A stretch of 64,000 nucleotides of DNA, from contig MU057930.1 in NCBI GenBank assembly GCA_013265495.1, positions 884,057 through 948,056 of the forward strand, read 5' to 3'. The notes beneath the pieces are model-generated. The model searched no databases. It saw only the letters and a program-made list of their open reading frames with translations, and had not been told where the DNA came from. The first letter of the stretch is position 1. The number at the start of each line of letters is the position of its first letter. The stretch is from Vicugna vicugna. Its lineage: Eukaryota. Shown in pieces: positions 61,604-64,000 of this stretch. A program made the position numbers and the translations under genes.

Positions 61604-62976
61604 TATCTCTTCTTCCTTTTCTTTCTCTTCTTCCTCTTTTCTTTCTCTCTCTCTCTCTCCCCCCCCACCCCTCTCTGATAAAAGCCACTCTAACAGTTAT
61701 GAGGTGACATCTTATGTATTTAAATTTTTTTAGAGGGTAGATCTCATATTAAATGTTCTCACAACAATAAAAAGGAAAAGGAAAAGGAAAAGGAAAGTTG
61801 TGGCTCTAAGCCATACTATTCATCATTATATTATTTGCTGCCACAAACTAACAATTACCAAAAAATGTTCCACCTAAGGATGACCGTTGTGAAACAAAAT
61901 TATTCACTTTATTATATGTTGACTCTTGAGTACACATCTTTTAAAATAGAACACCATTTTTTATTAAGATGAGTGAAAAGAGAAGCAAGCTGCGGTTCTT
62001 CAGATTTGCAAGTTTGGCATCTCTTTTCCCAAAAATGAGTGAAGTGAGTCCTGTTGCTTCAAGGAGAGCAATTAGCAGTATTTGTTGGCACTGATAAATC
62101 TGGACTTGCAAGAGAACAATTTCGGAAAACTTGTGTCCAAAGCCGCAAGCTGGACAGCTTCCCAGTATTTAGAGACTTTTTCTGATGAGATCAGTGGTGA
62201 CTATTAGCATATGTAGTTTTTGGATATTGTCTGATAAAATCTGTCACAATCTGCAAGATCTGAAAAACTCGGAACTGATCTTTGCCAAATGGACAATGTA
62301 CGATGTTATAAAATCATGCATGAATCAAAGACTCTCTAACAGGCAGTCAATCATCAATCAAGAATTGACACTGCAGCGTAGGAAGAGTTCATGGGTAATG
62401 ATTTCAGAGTCCATCTGGCAACGAACTTTCAACAAACTACCATTTGTTGGGTTTTGGCGTACTGTGAAACCATAACTACGTTCAAAGGCTATGAGAATCC
62501 CCCTCCCTTTTCCGATGACCTATCATTGTGAACACAGATTTTCTTTGCCAACCAAAACCAAGCATGCATGACAGATTGGATGCAAAAGAAAATGTGCGAA
62601 TTCGCGTGTCTCCTATGAAGGCAGGCATTGAAAAGATTTGCAAAAAACTATGAAAGAGTGGCATTCTTTTCAGTATTTTTTTTTTTTTGGTCTTGGAAAA
62701 TATAGTTGTTTTCATTCCTGTATAGGATTTGTGAACTTGCATTATCCTTATTGTTGTGATTTTTAAATCATTTAATCATATTTTAAATAATTCTCAGGCT
62801 TTTATTTATTGAGGTATAGACAGTGGACAATGTTGTGTCCATTTCTGGTGTACAGCTCAGTTTTAATTTCTACAGTGGTAAATACGGATAGGTGGAATCC
62901 ATGCGAGCGAGGCTTCTGGAATGCATGAAGAGTTTAAAGGGTATGAAGAGACCCTGTGGGAGTTGAGGACGACTGT
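60900..62976 (+). mobile_element. hAT-Charlie (Charlie1-like) DNA transposon fossil interrupted by L1 fragments and (TTTC)n
   Basis: caatggttctcaaa left end; internal cttcaaggagagcaatta..tttgttgg..gataaa..ctggacagcttcccagta..gacttttctgatgagatcagtggtga (decayed transposase); right end ttgaggacgactg. Confidence 0.7.
61360..61660. repeat. (TTTC)n / polypyrimidine microsatellite
   Basis: Directly visible; source of the spurious ORFs at 61200-61733. Confidence 0.95.
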
Positions 62977-64000
62977 TCTGAAATTTCCTTGCTCTTTTAA
63001 AATGGCTTTGATTGATTATTGATTGATTGATTGGTTAACTGACTTCTTTATGTTACACTAACTCCATGAATCTGTCTTGAGTCTTGAACTTGCTCTGGAA
63101 GAGTGAGATCTCTTCTCATCTGAAAACCCAAATGTCCCTACCTTACGGCTTCATCTCCAATTCGAGTCAGTACCTTCTAACAAATACACCACCAATATCA
63201 TCCTCCCCAGGCAGCATTCTTAGGGACTGTTTTTGTGTCCGTTCTCAGCAGGACAAGCTCTTCTTTCCAATTAATTATGGGTGGTTTTAGGTCGTGACGA
63301 TTCACACGTGATCACATAATTCATTCATACCCCATTTTGATTCACATCAGGACATAAATATTATTCCAGCACTGGTGGAAATGTATTAAAACTCTCTTAT
63401 TAAAAAAAAATCCAGAAATAGCCAAGTCTCCAACAGCAAACTTAATTAAACAGTTTGAATTTCTGTTTGGTAATTAAGACTGCACCCTTGACAAATCAGC
63501 TTAAGTGGTTTAGGAGCATCAGAATCCTCATTCTGAAGTTGTTTTTGTTTTTGTTTTTGTTTTTGTTTTTTTGCTCTACCAGGCGAGAAAATTAGTACCC
63601 CTCTTCTCCCTTCCAATTTTTGTTTTTCTAAGGACACTTTTGCATTTTCAAGTTTCCGTAATGTAATTAAGTCTTTGGGGCTTCATGGTTGGTTGAATTC
63701 CAAAACAATTCCAACTCAATAAAAGAATGTATTTGAACATTATGTAAATACTATTTATGTAAACCTTTTAATTGGATTCAAAGAGCTAGAAATGAATTCC
63801 TGCCTCACAGAAACTTTGCTACTAAACCAACACACTTCCAAGTGTCAACGTCTGTTGGATTCTCTGTTCATATTTTTCTTCTTTTAGGTCTTTTGATTTT
63901 TTTTTTTTAGGCCATTTCTTGCTGACCCGTCTTGCTGCCTCTTAACACTTCTTCTATTTTCTTGCAAAAGGAAGCTTTCCTTAATAATCACTTTTTAAAT

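Noticed and set aside
61200..61733. Phe/Ser-rich and Lys/Glu/Arg-rich ORFs
   Set aside because: They are translations of (TTTC)n plus an L1 fragment.

Overview
Repeat-rich mammalian non-coding DNA, very probably from a camelid (Camelus/Vicugna/Lama), judged from at least nine copies of the tRNA-derived Vic-1-type SINE and camelid-type L1 3' ends. I recognise no host protein-coding exon; the window looks intronic or intergenic. The recognisable ORFs are L1 ORF2 remnants or microsatellite artefacts, and the rest look like chance ORFs. The standout is a ~1.7 kb decayed endogenous bornavirus-like nucleoprotein element (EBLN) on the minus strand at ~49,898-51,560. It shows only when all three minus-strand frames are read across stops and frameshifts. 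It carries several colinear motifs resembling Borna disease virus N (reference recalled from memory) and appears to contain two diverged copies of the N-terminal half. An oppositely oriented ERV LTR lies ~0.4 kb from its 3' end. Other content: L1, L2, MIR, MaLR and ERV LTRs, hAT transposon fossils, complex microsatellites, a degenerate 56-bp CCAAT-box tandem array, and a possible conserved non-coding element. Repeat family names and boundaries were assigned by eye and are approximate.
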